Positions 34,694-44,846 of a stretch of 64,000 bases of DNA are shown here, piece after piece. The notes below the pieces were generated by a model. That model searched no databases and was not told where the DNA came from. It was given only the letters and a program-made list of their open reading frames with translations. The number at the start of each line of letters is the position of its first letter. Positions within the stretch are counted from its first letter, which is position 1. The translations under genes were made by a program, and so were the position numbers. This stretch comes from Phycisphaerales bacterium (GTDB lineage: Bacteria; Planctomycetota; Phycisphaerae; Phycisphaerales; UBA1924): contig JBGAOP010000005.1 in the NCBI GenBank assembly GCA_044221735.1, positions 43,608 to 107,607 on the forward strand, given 5' to 3'.

Positions 34694-37600
34694 CTACTTG
34701 GCCGGCGCGTGCAGGATCACTGTGGTATTGCCCGCCGTGATGGCCACCCGATCGTCCATGAGCGACATCGCCGTTGGGCGTGCGCCGAGAAGGATGGGGC
34801 GGGAATCGATCAGTGATGCGCCGCTGTTGCCCGCCACGTCGAGGGCGTGGAGCGTGAACATCATCATGCCGTCGCCGGTGCGCCCGTCGGCGACGGTCTC
34901 GATGGTCAGGGCGCGCCCGTCGGCGGGGCGCGGGCGGAGCATCGTCGACGCCCCGTTGAGGCCGTCGATGCCCGTGAGCGCGCCGTCGGGGCCGAAGACC
35001 GCCAGGCCCTGCTGCGTCGATACGCCGAAGCCCGCACCCGCCACCGGCGAGAGCGGGAACGCGTCGAGCGTCTGCGTCAGATCCAGGTGCGATCGGGGCA
35101 CTTCCAACGCGGCCGGGCGCATGCGGCCCGTGGAGACCGAGGCCAGCCACAGGTTCCGGGCCTGATCGGCCATCACCAGTTCATCGCCGAAGATCCACAT
35201 CGCCGAGACGGGCATCGCCTCGGGCGTGCTGATCGTCCAGTTCGGGCGGGCCGAGGCCAGATCAATGCAGACCACGGAGTTGTCCAACGCGGCGATCAAC
35301 GATCCGCCCGGGCTCCCCGCAGCGGCCGCGCCGCCGGCGCCGGAGGATCCGCCGTCGGCGAAGCCGATCCATCGGACATGTGAGCCGAGGTCGCCGATGC
35401 GCTGCGCCGGCCGGCCGGTGCGGGCGTCGAGGAGCTGGATGACGGGCTTGAGGTCCACGACCGTATTGGCGGCGGGCGGCGGGCCGTAGGTCTCCTGATC
35501 GCCGCCGACGGCGAGCGTGCCCGAGGCGAGATCGATGTCGTACACGCGTCCGACGCCCACGCGGGCCGTCCAGAGCAGCTCGCCCGTCTCGGTGTCGAAG
35601 GCCACGCCGCGCCCGTTGCGCTGCACGAGGACCATGGTGCGCTCGTCCATGGTGACGATGAAGTTGGTCGCGGCGGTTTCGCCCTCGCCGGGCGTGGACA
35701 TGAGCGGCTGCACGCCCGGCAGGCTGCGCATGCCCCCGGAGCGGGCATCGGCCCCGCCGAAGACCTTGCTGAGCGGGTCGCTGCGCCACTTGGATTCGAG
35801 CGGCGTGCCGCCGACCTTCATGATGGTGGCGTCGGAGTCCTTGACGACGGCGAAAAAGACGGCCTCGGGCGTGGCCTTGATGAGCAGCGGATGCGCGCCG
35901 TCGGGCAGCGGGGCCGACCACGCCTTGGCCAGCAGTTCGTTCTTGTCGGCCCGGTCGGTGGTGGGCACCGTCCACACGCCGACCTCATCGTCGCTGACGA
36001 GGGGCAACAGGGTTGTCACGTTGGGCTGGCGGTCGCTCAGCAGGGGGTCGAGCATCGTCCAGCCGGGAATGGCCTGGGCCTTGTCGGTGCGGACGGCGCC
36101 GATGCGGGGCCAGCGCATGTTCGCGGCCAGCCGCGTCGCGATCTCCGCGCCGAGGCGGTCGGCGTCGAGCGGGCTGCCCGCGCTGGTGAGCGCCAGACCG
36201 GGGAAGCGGGCCCGGACTGAGCGGAGCACGCCTGCCGCGGCGGTGAGCTGCTTGCGCTCGCGAAGATCCACGATCAGCCGACCGGCGATCTCGCCCACGA
36301 TGGCCTCGGGCGGGGCGGGCTGGCGCGTGGCGGAGCGAAGGCCGGCTTCCAACGCGCCGGCGGCCTGCTGAACCCTGCCCGCGGCGATGGCCATGTCGGC
36401 CAGCTTTACCCACAGTCCCGGCGTCTGCTGTGAGAGCGGATAGCGGGCCGCGAGCGACTCGAGCTGGGCCTGTGTCGGTGTTGCGCCGAAGGAGGCAAGC
36501 TCGGCCTGCGCGGCCTGCTCCTGCGCGGCGTACGCGTCGGGGCCAAGGTGCTTGAGGAGCGTCTCCATCCGTCGCGCGGCCTCGAGCTCGCCGCGAATCG
36601 AGACCTGCGGGCCGCGCCACGTCGCGCCGGCGAGGGCGGGCTCGATCAGGATCTTCTGGTACGCGGCGATGGCGTCGGCGGGGTGCTCGTTGAGTTCGGC
36701 GAGGCGGCCGAGGGCGAGCGTGTGCGCGAGCTTGTCGGGCGGCTCGAAGGAGACCTCGCCGAGGAGCGTGACGATCTGCTGCAGGATGGTGCGGTCGGTG
36801 ATCGGCGCGATGGCGAGGCCTGGGCGCGCCGGGCGGGCGGGCGAGGCACCCGGCGAGGTCGGCGGCGGCGGCTCGAGGGCGCTGGCGAGCATGCCCTGCA
36901 TGGCCTCGATCAGGCGGGTCCGGGCGTTCCACGTGGCGTCGTTCTGCGGGCCGTTGCGGAGCGCGGTCATCGCCTGCCGCGCGGCGGCGACGATGCGATC
37001 GGGCTTGCCCGCGCGATAGGCAAGCTCCGCGAAGGTGACGGCCGGAGCGGGGTCGGCCGGGTCGGCCTCGATGCGCTGGGTGAGCAAGCGCTCGGCGACT
37101 TCCCATTGGAGATACGAATGCAGCCGCGCATCGTCGAGCACGACGATCTGGCTGTCGAGCGGCAGGACGTTGCCGGACTCTTCGAGCGGAACCAGCGGCG
37201 CATCGGCGGGATGGGCCGGATCGACGAGGTGGAACCCGCCGGTGACGGGCACGAGCAGGCGATCGCCGGTGGCCACGCACCGGCCGCGGATCCCGGGCAG
37301 CACGGCCGGCATGCTGTACTGCGGCTTGTCGATCTCCATCGCGGAGGCGTTGAGGAACGCGACGCGATCGTCGCCGATGCACGCCAGCCGTGAGCCGTCT
37401 GTGCCGCAGCGCAGGAGGTACTTGGGCGCGGCGGAGGTCAGGTCCGACACATCGCGCTGGCCGATGATCGCGCCGGTGGACTGATCGAGCCGGACCAATC
37501 GCCGCATGTCGGGGGAGATGAAGATGATCGATCCGCCCGCGCCGTCGGCCCCGGAATCGGCCACGGGGCAGGCGAGTTGCCACGCCTGAGGCTGGTCGTT

Positions 37601-39163
37601 GCCGGAGGACGTCTCCACCGGCAGGCGACGGATCCAGCGGGGCCGCCCCGTGCCGACCTCGACGGCGCCGATGACGCCGAGACGATCGGCGCGGAACGCG
37701 ACGCCGCGTGCGACGGTGATGCCGTCGGCGCCCATCGACTGCAGGACCCACGGCATCGAGCCCGCGCTGCCCACGGGGCGTACCCACTTGAGCTTGCCGG
37801 TGGGCAGGTCGAGGCCGACGAGCGAGAGGCTCACCAGTCGGCGGTCGGGCAGGTGCTTGCGGGCGGCGAAGACGACGGTGTTCTCGAAGATCTCGATCGG
37901 GCCGCGGACCGTGGCCTCGTAGAGCGTCAGCGGATCGAGCGTGTTGAGCTGAACGGCCCAGCGGAAGCGGCCGGTGACGGTGTCGAGGGCCTGGATGCGG
38001 TCGTCGCCGTCGCCGCGTCCGCCGGTGTTGGAGCGCCCGGTGGCGGCGACGGCCGTGCGGCCGGAGACGGTGACGGTGCACACGTCGTCGGCGCGGGGCG
38101 TGTATCCGCCGTAGTTGAACCGGTCGATGCGGCGGCGGTCGCCGCGCATGCCCGGCTCGATCGACGGGGCGTCGGCAAGGCCCGGCGTGGCGGACCATCG
38201 CGGGCCGAGCGTGAAGCGATCCCACGCGGCGATCTGCGAGCCGTCGTTGACGAAAACAGTGTCGCCCGAGACGGTGGGCAGCAGGAGCAGATCACGGGCG
38301 AACATCGGCAGGCTCACCTGGCTGCGGGTGCCATTGGCCACGCCGAGATTCGCCTCGGGGATGGCGGCGGAGGGATTCAGCGGCACCGTCCACAGCGGCT
38401 TGGAGACCATTCCCTGCGTGGAAGTCGGGCCAAGGGGGCGCATGGGTGACGCGGCCTGGGCCTTGGCCGCGGGAGGCCAGGTGATGGGGGACAGGTCGGG
38501 AACGCCGGCCGCGCCGTCCTTGGCCCAGCGCGAGGCGAGGTCGCGGAGTTGGGGGCGATCAAGATAGCGGGCAAGCTGCGAGGCGCTGGTGGAGGCGAGG
38601 CGGGCCCGCTCCTTCACGCGATCGGGATGGCGGTCGAGCTGCTCGAGCAGCAGGCGAGCGTGCTCGAACCGGGCGTCCTCAAGCGCCGCCTGCGCGAGCT
38701 TGAGCACGGCATCGAATCCGGCGGGGGTCAGCAGCAGGGCGCGCTCGACGGTCTCGGTCTGTCCCTCGCCGAGCAGGCGTTCGGCCCGCGGGCCGAACGT
38801 GGCCCGATAGCGATCGAGCAAGGCGGGATTGGCCAGCAGCGTCTCGTGCGTCGCCGCGCGAACGCTGCGGAACAGGTCGGGATCGGCGGGAGAGGCGACA
38901 AGACGATCGGGCTGCTCGTCGAGGAGCACCTGCAGCACACGAACAGCCTCGTCAAGGTTGCCTGCCGAGATGTGCTCGCGGACACGCACCACCGTGTCGG
39001 CCGCGGCGGGCGAGTCGTCCACATACACCGGGTTTGCCTGCTGGCCAAGGCCAAGGCCCGGCGGCGCGGCCAGCGCGATGGGGCAGCCCGAGGCCAGCAC
39101 AAGGGCCAGGGCGGCCGCGCCCGCTTGGAGGGAAGTGAGTTGTCCCCGGCACACTCCACGCAT
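34694..39163 (-). CDS. giant (1489 aa) secreted protein with TPR-like helical regions and PQQ/BamB-like beta-propeller repeats
   Basis: Signal-like N-terminus. Repeated '...G..W....' propeller-type segments ('TGRFRWAVQL', 'TGKLKWVRPV', 'TGRPRWIRRL', 'TGELLWTARV'). Helical repeat stretches lie between them. Confidence 0.75.
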   Translation of the reverse strand: MRGVCRGQLTSLQAGAAALALVLASGCPIALAAPPGLGLGQQANPVYVDDSPAAADTVVRVREHISAGNLDEAVRVLQVLLDEQPDRLVASPADPDLFRSVRAATHETLLANPALLDRYRATFGPRAERLLGEGQTETVERALLLTPAGFDAVLKLAQAALEDARFEHARLLLEQLDRHPDRVKERARLASTSASQLARYLDRPQLRDLASRWAKDGAAGVPDLSPITWPPAAKAQAASPMRPLGPTSTQGMVSKPLWTVPLNPSAAIPEANLGVANGTRSQVSLPMFARDLLLLPTVSGDTVFVNDGSQIAAWDRFTLGPRWSATPGLADAPSIEPGMRGDRRRIDRFNYGGYTPRADDVCTVTVSGRTAVAATGRSNTGGRGDGDDRIQALDTVTGRFRWAVQLNTLDPLTLYEATVRGPIEIFENTVVFAARKHLPDRRLVSLSLVGLDLPTGKLKWVRPVGSAGSMPWVLQSMGADGITVARGVAFRADRLGVIGAVEVGTGRPRWIRRLPVETSSGNDQPQAWQLACPVADSGADGAGGSIIFISPDMRRLVRLDQSTGAIIGQRDVSDLTSAAPKYLLRCGTDGSRLACIGDDRVAFLNASAMEIDKPQYSMPAVLPGIRGRCVATGDRLLVPVTGGFHLVDPAHPADAPLVPLEESGNVLPLDSQIVVLDDARLHSYLQWEVAERLLTQRIEADPADPAPAVTFAELAYRAGKPDRIVAAARQAMTALRNGPQNDATWNARTRLIEAMQGMLASALEPPPPTSPGASPARPARPGLAIAPITDRTILQQIVTLLGEVSFEPPDKLAHTLALGRLAELNEHPADAIAAYQKILIEPALAGATWRGPQVSIRGELEAARRMETLLKHLGPDAYAAQEQAAQAELASFGATPTQAQLESLAARYPLSQQTPGLWVKLADMAIAAGRVQQAAGALEAGLRSATRQPAPPEAIVGEIAGRLIVDLRERKQLTAAAGVLRSVRARFPGLALTSAGSPLDADRLGAEIATRLAANMRWPRIGAVRTDKAQAIPGWTMLDPLLSDRQPNVTTLLPLVSDDEVGVWTVPTTDRADKNELLAKAWSAPLPDGAHPLLIKATPEAVFFAVVKDSDATIMKVGGTPLESKWRSDPLSKVFGGADARSGGMRSLPGVQPLMSTPGEGETAATNFIVTMDERTMVLVQRNGRGVAFDTETGELLWTARVGVGRVYDIDLASGTLAVGGDQETYGPPPAANTVVDLKPVIQLLDARTGRPAQRIGDLGSHVRWIGFADGGSSGAGGAAAAGSPGGSLIAALDNSVVCIDLASARPNWTISTPEAMPVSAMWIFGDELVMADQARNLWLASVSTGRMRPAALEVPRSHLDLTQTLDAFPLSPVAGAGFGVSTQQGLAVFGPDGALTGIDGLNGASTMLRPRPADGRALTIETVADGRTGDGMMMFTLHALDVAGNSGASLIDSRPILLGARPTAMSLMDDRVAITAGNTTVILHAPAK

Positions 39164-39292
39164 TCGAAGGCCCTCTTCACCCGCACAACCGGCACTGGCG
39201 GCGCACCTGGGAGTTTATCGACCCACGGAGGGCGAAGTTGCCCTGAGTGGGGTGAATCGTGCGCCGATTGGTGCCTGGCATCGGAGGCTGAT

Positions 39293-39781
39293 ATGAGCGG
39301 CTCAGACACCATCGCGCCGGCGGCCGGAAACGGCTGTTTGATCGCTATTCCCTCAAGCGATACGCCAGGGAAGGTCGTGCAGGTTCGGACCCCCGCCGAG
39401 CGTCGGCGGGCGATTCGCGTCTGGCTGCTGGTCGCGACCATCGCCATCCTGAGCATGGCCGACCTGTACATGACCCTGACGCACCTTCGCGGGGCGGGAA
39501 TGGGCGAGGCCAACCCGCTCGCCCGGCTGGTGATCAGCTACAACTCGCCCCTGCTGCTTGGCGTGTGGAAGTGTGCCTGCGTGTTCCTGGCGTGCGTCAT
39601 CCTCGCGATGGCCCGCCACCGCTGGTCCGGCGAGGCGGCCTCGTGGGTGTGCGCGGCCGTGCTGACGGCCCTGACCGTGCACTGGGCGATCTACAGCACC
39701 GAGGCGGCGGCCTTCACGAACCAGATCTCATCAATGCAGGCCGACCCGCCGTCGAACTGGGTGAGCATGGGCGGCGAGTGA
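39293..39781 (+). CDS. small polytopic membrane protein (DUF5658-like, tentative)
   Basis: In-frame ATG at 39293. Three to four TM helices. 'LRGAGMGEANPLARLV' motif. Confidence 0.55.
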   Translation: MSGSDTIAPAAGNGCLIAIPSSDTPGKVVQVRTPAERRRAIRVWLLVATIAILSMADLYMTLTHLRGAGMGEANPLARLVISYNSPLLLGVWKCACVFLACVILAMARHRWSGEAASWVCAAVLTALTVHWAIYSTEAAAFTNQISSMQADPPSNWVSMGGE

Positions 39782-39866
39782 CGGAGCCCGGGTGTCGCGG
39801 AAGCGGCATGTCGGAAGCCAAGGCTCGCCGACCGCACTGATCCGGGATTTGCGGTACCCTTTGGGC

Positions 39867-40460
39867 ATGTCCAGCCCTTGCCAGTCGCTCTCCCGCGTCC
39901 TCCAACGAGTTGTCTGCCCGATCGTCCTCGCCGCGTGCGGGCTCTTTGGGGTCGGATGCGAGTCGTACAGCGCGCCCGCGCTGAGCGTGGCCAAGGCCGA
40001 GCCAACCGAGCGCACGCAGGACGGGGCCGCGATGCTCTTTACGCTCGACGCCCGCAACGATAACGACGATCCACTCCCGCTGCGCGAGGTGGAATATCGC
40101 GTGGACCTGAACGGGCGCGAGGTGTTCCACGGCTCACGCTCGGCCGAAGCGACGCTGCGGCGGCTTGGCATCCAGCAACTCAGCCTCCCCGCGTCGGTGC
40201 CGATCACGCCCGAAACCGCGGGCGTGGTCAACGGACCGGTCCGGTATCGCCTCTCGGGCTCGATGTACTACATCACGCCGGGGCGGTTGGCCGAGACGCT
40301 CTTCGACTCGGGCGTGCACAAGCCGAGCGTGTCATTCGCCTTTGAGGGCGACATCGACCTGTCCGCGGCGAAGTTCACCTCGACGCGTCCGGTCCCCGAG
40401 GCGAAGCAGAAGAGCGAGTCCGGCGAGCCGTCGGCCTCGGCCGAGACGACCGCTCCGTAA
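39867..40460 (+). CDS. LEA type-2 / water-stress (WHy)-like lipoprotein
   Basis: ATG at 39867. Lipobox 'IVLAAC'. 'FTLDARNDNDDPLPLREVEYRVDLNGREV' resembles LEA_2 family blocks. Confidence 0.6.
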   Translation: MSSPCQSLSRVLQRVVCPIVLAACGLFGVGCESYSAPALSVAKAEPTERTQDGAAMLFTLDARNDNDDPLPLREVEYRVDLNGREVFHGSRSAEATLRRLGIQQLSLPASVPITPETAGVVNGPVRYRLSGSMYYITPGRLAETLFDSGVHKPSVSFAFEGDIDLSAAKFTSTRPVPEAKQKSESGEPSASAETTAP

Positions 40461-40465
40461 GACAC

Positions 40466-41620
40466 CTAGCGCAGCACCAGCGGGTCGCGATCCGCGGAGC
40501 TCACCACGAACTCGGCTTTGGGCAGACGGGCCCGGAGCAGCGACGCGTACGAGGGCAGGTAGCCCCGCTCGGTGGCGGTGTGCCCGCCCAGAATGACGCT
40601 CAGCCCCGCGGCCAGCGCGGCGTTCACCTCGTGGTGCTTCATCTCGCCGGTCACGAAGACCTCGCACCCGTCGGCACGGGCCTGCATGGCGAGGCTGCCG
40701 CCGGCCCCCGGCACAAGGCCGATGCACGAGACCGACGTGCCCGTGTTGCCCCCGGCCGCCGCGATGTGCACCGCGCCGGTCTTTAGATGGGCCTTGAGCC
40801 GGTCCGCGAGGGCGACGAGCGTGGCCGGATGGTCCAGCATGAGCCGGCGTCCCGCGCCGAGGTTCCGATCGGGGCGGGGCTCGAGGGGATAGATGTCGAT
40901 CGCGGGCTCCTCGTAGGGATGGAACTGGCGCAGCGTCGTGATGGCCAGCGCGACGGCGCGGCGAGCGCACACCATCTCGAGGCGCAGCTCGGGCACGGTC
41001 TCGAGCGCGCCGGGCTCGCCGATGGCGGGTTTGGAAAGGGCGCTGCCGCGGAACGTTCCCGTGCCCGGGGCGGCGAAGGCGCAGAGCTCGTACTCGCCGA
41101 TCAGCCCCGCGCCGGCGCTGGCGAGGGCCTCGCGGACCCTCGCGGCCGCGCTCTCGGGGACGAAGGTCACGATCTTCACTTCCTGGAACGGGTCGCGTCG
41201 AAGGAACGACCGCAGGGCCCGCCGGTCGCCCCCCTTGGCCCCCCCACCGCCACCCGCAAGGCCATCGGCGAGCCAGTCGGTCACGCCGCCCGCGGCCGCG
41301 TCGAGGGCGGTGTGCGGCGAATACACGGCGATGTTCTCGCGGATCATGGACAGCACGATGCGCTCGGCGGCCGACGACGCGGGCCCATCGGTGATGCGCT
41401 TGATGGCGTGGAACAGCGGCGGGTGGTAGGCGATCACCGCGCCGGCGCGTAGGGCGATCGCCTCGCGGGCCACGGCCTCGGTGAGGTCGATGGTGAGCAG
41501 GACGGGCCCGCTCAGGGCCCACGAGCCCGAACCGATGAGCAGGCCGACATTGTCCCACTCCTCGGCGAGGGCGAGCGGGGCGATGCTGTCGGCGGCGGCG
41601 ACGAGGTCGGAGATGCGCAT
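40466..41620 (-). CDS. Nif3-like dinuclear metal center protein (YbgI/GTP cyclohydrolase 1 type 2 family)
   Basis: 'IAPLALAEEWDNVGLLIG', 'AVIAYHPPLF' and 'FVTGEMKHHE' blocks, with an inserted PII-like domain. Confidence 0.88.
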   Translation of the reverse strand: MRISDLVAAADSIAPLALAEEWDNVGLLIGSGSWALSGPVLLTIDLTEAVAREAIALRAGAVIAYHPPLFHAIKRITDGPASSAAERIVLSMIRENIAVYSPHTALDAAAGGVTDWLADGLAGGGGGAKGGDRRALRSFLRRDPFQEVKIVTFVPESAAARVREALASAGAGLIGEYELCAFAAPGTGTFRGSALSKPAIGEPGALETVPELRLEMVCARRAVALAITTLRQFHPYEEPAIDIYPLEPRPDRNLGAGRRLMLDHPATLVALADRLKAHLKTGAVHIAAAGGNTGTSVSCIGLVPGAGGSLAMQARADGCEVFVTGEMKHHEVNAALAAGLSVILGGHTATERGYLPSYASLLRARLPKAEFVVSSADRDPLVLR

Positions 41621-41684
41621 GGGTGATTGTTGGGCGACCGGCCCTCGCCCGTCGCCTGCGTGGATAGAGAGTTACGATCGGGCA

Positions 41685-42623
41685 ATGCCCGCGCCCGAGA
41701 CCATCACGCTCAAGGCCCCCGCGAAGGTCAACCTCGCGCTGTCGGTCGGCCTGCCCATGCCGCCCAAGGGGTATCACCCGATCGCGTCGTGGTTCGTGCC
41801 CATCGATCTGCACGACGACGTCTCCGTCGCGCGTCGCGAGCCGGGGTCGCCGAGTCGGCACGTCGTCTGCTGGTCCGCGGATGCGCCAAGGCCAACGCCG
41901 ATCGATTGGCCGCTCGAAAAGGATTTGGCCGTCCGGGCCCATCGGCTGCTGGAGCGGCATGCGGGGCGGGAACTTCCCGTGGACATGACGGTGAGCAAGC
42001 GCACCCCCGTGGGCGGCGGGCTGGGCGGCGGTTCATCCGACGCCGCGAGCGCGCTGGCGGGCGTGAATCGTGCACACGGTCTCGGCCTGGGTGCGGCGGA
42101 GCTGCGATCGCTCTCCATGCAGCTTGGCAGCGACGTGGCGTTCTTTCTTGATGATGCGTGCGTGGAAGGTCGGAGCGATGTCCCGCGGGCGGGAGTGGTG
42201 ACGGGGTTCGGCGAGCACATCGAGCGGACGGCCTCGCCGCGCGGCAGCCTCTTGCTGTTCTTTCCGCCGTTCGGATGTCCCACAGGAGCCGTGTACTGCG
42301 CGTTCGATGCCAAGCCCGCGGGGTCCGTGGCCGAGGAGCGTGTGCGAGGGATCATCGAGCGATCGCTGCGCGCCGGCCGCATCGCCGAGCGCGAACTGTT
42401 CAACGACCTTGCCGAGCCCGCGTGCATGGTGGAGCCGCGGCTGAGCCAGACGTGGAATGCTCTTCAGCGAGCGTGCGGAACCGACGCGATCGTCCACCTT
42501 ACCGGCTCGGGCAGCACGATGTTCGCGCTCGTTGCGCCCGAGCAAGCCCGGGCCCTTCATGAACGGTGCCGCGTTGCTGCCCCAGAGGTCGCGATGATCG
42601 AGTCGCGCCTGATCGGCGGCTGA
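41685..42623 (+). CDS. ispE: 4-(cytidine 5'-diphospho)-2-C-methyl-D-erythritol kinase
   Basis: ATG at 41685. 'APAKVNLALSV', GHMP motif 'KRTPVGGGLGGGSSDAA', 'GSDVAFFL', 'LTGSGSTMFAL'. Confidence 0.88.
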   Translation: MPAPETITLKAPAKVNLALSVGLPMPPKGYHPIASWFVPIDLHDDVSVARREPGSPSRHVVCWSADAPRPTPIDWPLEKDLAVRAHRLLERHAGRELPVDMTVSKRTPVGGGLGGGSSDAASALAGVNRAHGLGLGAAELRSLSMQLGSDVAFFLDDACVEGRSDVPRAGVVTGFGEHIERTASPRGSLLLFFPPFGCPTGAVYCAFDAKPAGSVAEERVRGIIERSLRAGRIAERELFNDLAEPACMVEPRLSQTWNALQRACGTDAIVHLTGSGSTMFALVAPEQARALHERCRVAAPEVAMIESRLIGG

Positions 42624-42657
42624 ATCGGACACCACCAGCGACCGATATCCTCCATCT

Positions 42658-43710
42658 ATGGCCAAGCGCGTTCATCGTCCCATTGTCGGCATCGACCTTG
42701 GCGGCACCAACATCAATGTCGGCATCGTGGACCACCGCCTGGGCGTGATCGCCGGGTCGCAGGTAAACAAGAAGACGCAGGCGACTCAGGGCGTTACCGT
42801 GGTGCTCGACCGCATCGCCGCGGCCGTCCGCGAGTCGCTCGATGGGGCTGGGCTGGGCACGCGGGACGTGGCCTCGATCGGCATCGCCGCGGCCGGGGCC
42901 GTGGACGCGGCCAGGGGTGTGGTGCTCAAGGGCGGGAACCTGGGATTCACCAACGTGCCGCTCGCGGCCCAACTCACGCGCCGGCTCGGGCCGCGCGTGC
43001 TGGTGGAGAACGATGTGAACGCGGCGGTGTACGGCGAGTGGGTGCACCCGCGCGGGGCGATTGTCGGCGTGCGCGAGGCGCTTGGCGTGTGGATCGGCAC
43101 GGGCGTGGGCGGCGGGCTGGTGCTCTCGGGCAAGCTCTACGCGGGCGGGTTCTTCACGGCGGGCGAGATCGGGCACACGACCCTGTTTCCCGGCGCACCG
43201 CTCGGGCGGCGGTCGCTCGAGCAGAACTGCTCGCGCACGGCGATCTCCGACCGCCTGCTCGCGCTGATCGCCTCGGGCCACGACTCCATGCTCAGGGGCA
43301 TGATCGAGGTCGAGAAGCAGGGGCTGCTGGAGAAGGCTCGCAAGGACCTGAAGGAAAAGGGCAAGCTCTCGTGGCAGTTCGAGAGCAACAAGATTCTGCG
43401 CTCGAAGAGCATCGCCGAGGCCTATCGCAAGGGCGACGAGCTGACCCATCGCGTGGTGCACGAGGCGGCGGAGATGCTCGGCACCGCGATCGCCGGCGCC
43501 GTGACGCTGCTCTCGCTGCCGCACATCGTGCTCGGCGGCGGCTTCACCGAGGCGCTCGGTGAGCCGTGGGTGCGGGCGGTGCGTCAGGCGACGCGGGCCC
43601 GGGCGTTCCCGCCCGAGTGCCGGAAGGTGGAGGTCGTGGGCACCCGGCTAAGGGACCAGGCGGGCATCATCGGGGCCGCGCTCCTGGCGCGAGACGCCGG
43701 GCGGCGATAA
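42658..43710 (+). CDS. ROK family sugar kinase (putative glucokinase)
   Basis: 'VGIDLGGTNINVGIV', 'ENDVNAAVYGE' and 'GEIGH'. The canonical CxCGxxGC zinc motif is not evident. Confidence 0.8.
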   Translation: MAKRVHRPIVGIDLGGTNINVGIVDHRLGVIAGSQVNKKTQATQGVTVVLDRIAAAVRESLDGAGLGTRDVASIGIAAAGAVDAARGVVLKGGNLGFTNVPLAAQLTRRLGPRVLVENDVNAAVYGEWVHPRGAIVGVREALGVWIGTGVGGGLVLSGKLYAGGFFTAGEIGHTTLFPGAPLGRRSLEQNCSRTAISDRLLALIASGHDSMLRGMIEVEKQGLLEKARKDLKEKGKLSWQFESNKILRSKSIAEAYRKGDELTHRVVHEAAEMLGTAIAGAVTLLSLPHIVLGGGFTEALGEPWVRAVRQATRARAFPPECRKVEVVGTRLRDQAGIIGAALLARDAGRR

Positions 43711-43753
43711 CCCGATCGAGGCGGCCGCGCGAGGGGAACTACACTCCCGGCCC

Positions 43754-44677
43754 ATGAACGCCGCCATCGCCAAAGCCGCCGCCCTCATCGAGGCCCACCG
43801 CTACATCCAGCGGTTTCGCGACAAGATTGTCGTCGTCAAGGTCGGCGGGTCCATCCAGGAGGACGACGAGCGCATGAGGGCGCTGCTCACCGACGTGGCC
43901 TTCATGTCGGGCGTGGGCATACGACCGGTGATCGTGCACGGGGGCGGGAAGTCGATCACGCGGGCCATGGACGCGGCGGGCCTCAAGGCCAAGTTCATCC
44001 AAGGCCGACGCTACACCGACCGTGCGACGCTCGAGATCGCCGAGCACGTGCTGGTGAACGACTGCAACAAGTTCCTTGTGGACAATCTCAACGCCTCGGG
44101 CTCGCGGGCGATCGCGCTGCACTCGCTCGGATCGTGCGTGCTGCTGGCCGACCGCATGACCGTCGCCGATCCGGCGACTGGCGCGCCGATCGATCTGGGC
44201 TATGTCGGCACGGTGACGCAGGTGAACACCATCCTGCTCGCCGCGCTGTGCGAGGACGGGTACATCCCGGTGATCGCGCCCGTGGCGATGGCCCGCCCGC
44301 GCGATGGCGATGGCCCGGCCCGCGCCTCCGACCCGGACGCGATCGGCAAGCTCAACGTGAACGCGGACACGGCGGCGGGCCACGTGGCTGGCGCGCTGAA
44401 GGCCGAGAAGCTCGTCGTGCTCTCCGACACGCACGGCATCCGGGTCGAGCCGGAGAACCCCGGCGCGTACGCCTCGGCGCTCACGCACGCCCAGATCGAC
44501 GGGCTGGTGCGCTCGGGGGTCATCGGCGAGGGCATGCTGCCCAAGGTCGAGGCGTGCCTGATCGCGCTCAACGCGGGCGTGCCCAAGGCCCACATCATCG
44601 ACGGGCGTATCCCGCACTCGCTGCTGCTGGAGATCTATACCGACGAGGGCATCGGGACGCAGATCACGCTCCGATAA
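43754..44677 (+). CDS. argB: acetylglutamate kinase
   Basis: 'IVVVKVGGS', 'VIVHGGGKSI', 'GRRYTD', 'NVNADTAAG'. Confidence 0.92.
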   Translation: MNAAIAKAAALIEAHRYIQRFRDKIVVVKVGGSIQEDDERMRALLTDVAFMSGVGIRPVIVHGGGKSITRAMDAAGLKAKFIQGRRYTDRATLEIAEHVLVNDCNKFLVDNLNASGSRAIALHSLGSCVLLADRMTVADPATGAPIDLGYVGTVTQVNTILLAALCEDGYIPVIAPVAMARPRDGDGPARASDPDAIGKLNVNADTAAGHVAGALKAEKLVVLSDTHGIRVEPENPGAYASALTHAQIDGLVRSGVIGEGMLPKVEACLIALNAGVPKAHIIDGRIPHSLLLEIYTDEGIGTQITLR

Positions 44678-44846
44678 TCGCCGCCGGGGTTATCGCTCCG
44701 GCGTGTCACAGAGCCACTGGCCAATCTCGGCAGACGGCCTGACGCGGGCGCGTCTGTGAGCCGATTCAGGGGCGTCAACCCTTCGCGGCACGCCACGGCA
44801 TGCGAGTCGCACTTGGACCACCCTCGAATCTCCGAGATGTGCCGTA

